From positions 2,326 to 66,325 of the forward strand of contig JANOPS010000127.1 in the NCBI GenBank assembly GCA_031421995.1: a stretch of DNA of 64,000 nt. The letters are read 5' to 3'. The first letter of the stretch is position 1. Each line of letters begins with the position of its first letter. The DNA is from Gemmatimonadaceae bacterium. Lineage in GTDB: Bacteria > Gemmatimonadota > Gemmatimonadetes > Gemmatimonadales > Gemmatimonadaceae. The position numbers and the translations under genes are program-made. Positions 62,620-64,000 of this stretch are shown in pieces. Under the pieces are notes generated by a model. That model was not told the DNA's origin and made no database searches. It saw nothing but the letters and a program-made list of their open reading frames with translations.

Positions 62620-64000
62620 GCAATCCGACGTCCGTATCATCGCCGGCGGCGGCGATGTGGTTCTTGTACACACGAACGGCCGTCAATCGCTTGCGTTCGC
62701 AAATCAAGCGCGCGCGCAACCCACGCTACCTGACCGCGGTGCTCTTAGGTGCGCTCTACCTCTGGTGGGCGCTCTTCCGGAACACGCGCATGAGCGGCGG
62801 CGCATTGAACAGCGTGGTCAAGACCGAGATGATTCTCCCGGTCTTCGCGGCGTTTTTGCTTATTGCCGCGGCGCGCTGGTGGATCTTCGGCGCCGAACGC
62901 GGCACACTGGCCTTTGCGCCGGCTGAAGTGCAATTCCTCTTCCCCGCCCCAGTCTCGCGGCGTGCGCTGATCCACGCCAAGCTTGTACGCACGCAACTCG
63001 CCATTCTGCTCAACACCATCATCTTTTCCGTCCTGTTGCGCGGCAACTCCGCGTCGGCAGAGGGATGGCGCCGCGGGCTCGCGCTGTGGATCGGGTTCTC
63101 CGTCCTGGCACTCCATCGCTTGGGTGCGTCGATCGTGCGTGCCAACGCGCTCGAGCATGAACGCCCGGGCCAACGCCGCAGTGTGGTGCCAATTGCCGTG
63201 TTCAGCGCACTGCTTGGCGCAGTCGCGTGGGGACTGATCAGCCAATTCGAGATCATTCGCGACGCCAGCGCGCAAGGCGCCACGGCCGTTGGGCGCGCGA
63301 TGGTTGTCGCACTCCAACAACCCATCCCGTCGGCCGCGTTGTGGCCAGTACGCGCCGTCATTGCTCCTGTGTTCGCGTCGGACCTGCAGAGTTGGCTGGC
63401 CGCGCTGCCCTTTGCGATCGGCATGCTGCTGGTGCACTACCTCTGGGTGGTGCGACTTGACGCATCGTTTGAAGAAGCGGCGCTTGAAGCCACGCAACAT
63501 CGCGCCGAACGCCTGCTGCGCGTGCGCTCATCACAACTTGGCAAAACGCGTTCGCGGAAAGGCAAGCTGGTGCGCGTCCCGAAGCTCCCGATGATGGGCC
63601 CGCCGGCCGTCGCCATCGCCTGGAAAAATGTCGCGGCCGCCATGCGCGGCGGCGCGTGGCGCACGCAACTCGTGTCATTCACCGTCGGGTTGGTCGTGAT
63701 GGCGGTGCTCATTCGCACGGCCTCCGAAGACGCCGCCGACATCTTCCTCGGCGTCGTCGTCGGCTGGGGCGCGATGCTGGTCTTCGTGGGTCCGCTGTGG
63801 ATGCGGTTCGACCTGCGGCTCGATTTGCCGCGTTTGGCCATTCTGAAAACGTGGCCACTTCCCGGCACCCAGATCGTCGCCGCAGAGATCGCTGCGGTGA
63901 CCGTGCTGCACTCTGTCACCATCTGGGCGCTGATGCTGGTCCCGCTCGTGCTGGTGGTGATGGACCCGTCGCTCCTGAAGTCAAGCATTGCGGCCCCATC
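62616..64000 (+). CDS. ABC exporter permease, 5' part (runs off right edge)
   Basis: GTGA overlap with the ATPase gene; frame MSNPTS...RYLTAVLLGALYLWWALFR continues as a multi-TM protein to the window end. Confidence 0.8.
   Translation, partial: MSNPTSVSSPAAAMWFLYTRTAVNRLRSQIKRARNPRYLTAVLLGALYLWWALFRNTRMSGGALNSVVKTEMILPVFAAFLLIAAARWWIFGAERGTLAFAPAEVQFLFPAPVSRRALIHAKLVRTQLAILLNTIIFSVLLRGNSASAEGWRRGLALWIGFSVLALHRLGASIVRANALEHERPGQRRSVVPIAVFSALLGAVAWGLISQFEIIRDASAQGATAVGRAMVVALQQPIPSAALWPVRAVIAPVFASDLQSWLAALPFAIGMLLVHYLWVVRLDASFEEAALEATQHRAERLLRVRSSQLGKTRSRKGKLVRVPKLPMMGPPAVAIAWKNVAAAMRGGAWRTQLVSFTVGLVVMAVLIRTASEDAADIFLGVVVGWGAMLVFVGPLWMRFDLRLDLPRLAILKTWPLPGTQIVAAEIAAVTVLHSVTIWALMLVPLVLVVMDPSLLKSSIAAP

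Noticed and set aside
1-64000. CRISPR array, tRNA/rRNA, transposase or integrase, prophage
   Set aside because: No regularly spaced direct repeats, RNA gene signatures or recombinase ORFs were recognised. The M15 domain resembles phage endolysins but has no phage genes around it.
60887-64000. Lipoprotein and ABC exporter as part of the flagellar system
   Set aside because: They lie beyond the EAL-HDOD gene, have no flagellar promoter motifs, and look like a generic exporter module.

Overview
High-GC bacterial chromosome segment (gene style and content resemble Gemmatimonadota; this is an inference, not a database result) holding an almost complete flagellar gene supercluster. From left to right: fliT/flgN-like-fliS-fliD-fliC (minus strand); a ~17 kb putative flagellin glycosylation/acylation island (TPR-glycosyltransferase, methyltransferases, GNAT, ACP, SDR, acyl-AMP ligase, LuxE, LuxC, Gfo/Idh/MocA dehydrogenase plus DegT aminotransferase, two further GTs, degenerate PseG/PseC-like pair); fliW-flgL; a sigma54 enhancer-binding response regulator; flgBC-fliEFGHIJ-motE-like-fliK-flgDE; fliLMN-fliO/P fusion; a HEAT-repeat gene; fliQR-flhBAFG-fliA; flgFGAHIJNK-csrA; an antisense degenerate histidine-kinase-like gene; motAB; an EAL-HDOD protein; and an unrelated lipoprotein/ABC exporter at the right edge. 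Top finding: the hook-length ruler FliK carries an internal M15 (L-Ala-D-Glu endopeptidase-like) zinc peptidoglycan hydrolase domain with all catalytic motifs intact, while FlgJ here lacks its muramidase domain. A full regulatory circuit can also be read from the DNA: six sigma54 -24/-12 promoters, each preceded by a CGGCA-N5-TGCCG palindrome and usually an IHF-like site, plus sigma28 promoters and CsrA-type GGA sites in the fliC leader. No rRNA, tRNA, CRISPR array or mobile element was recognised. Start codons were re-chosen by eye where the ORF track used upstream alternative starts.
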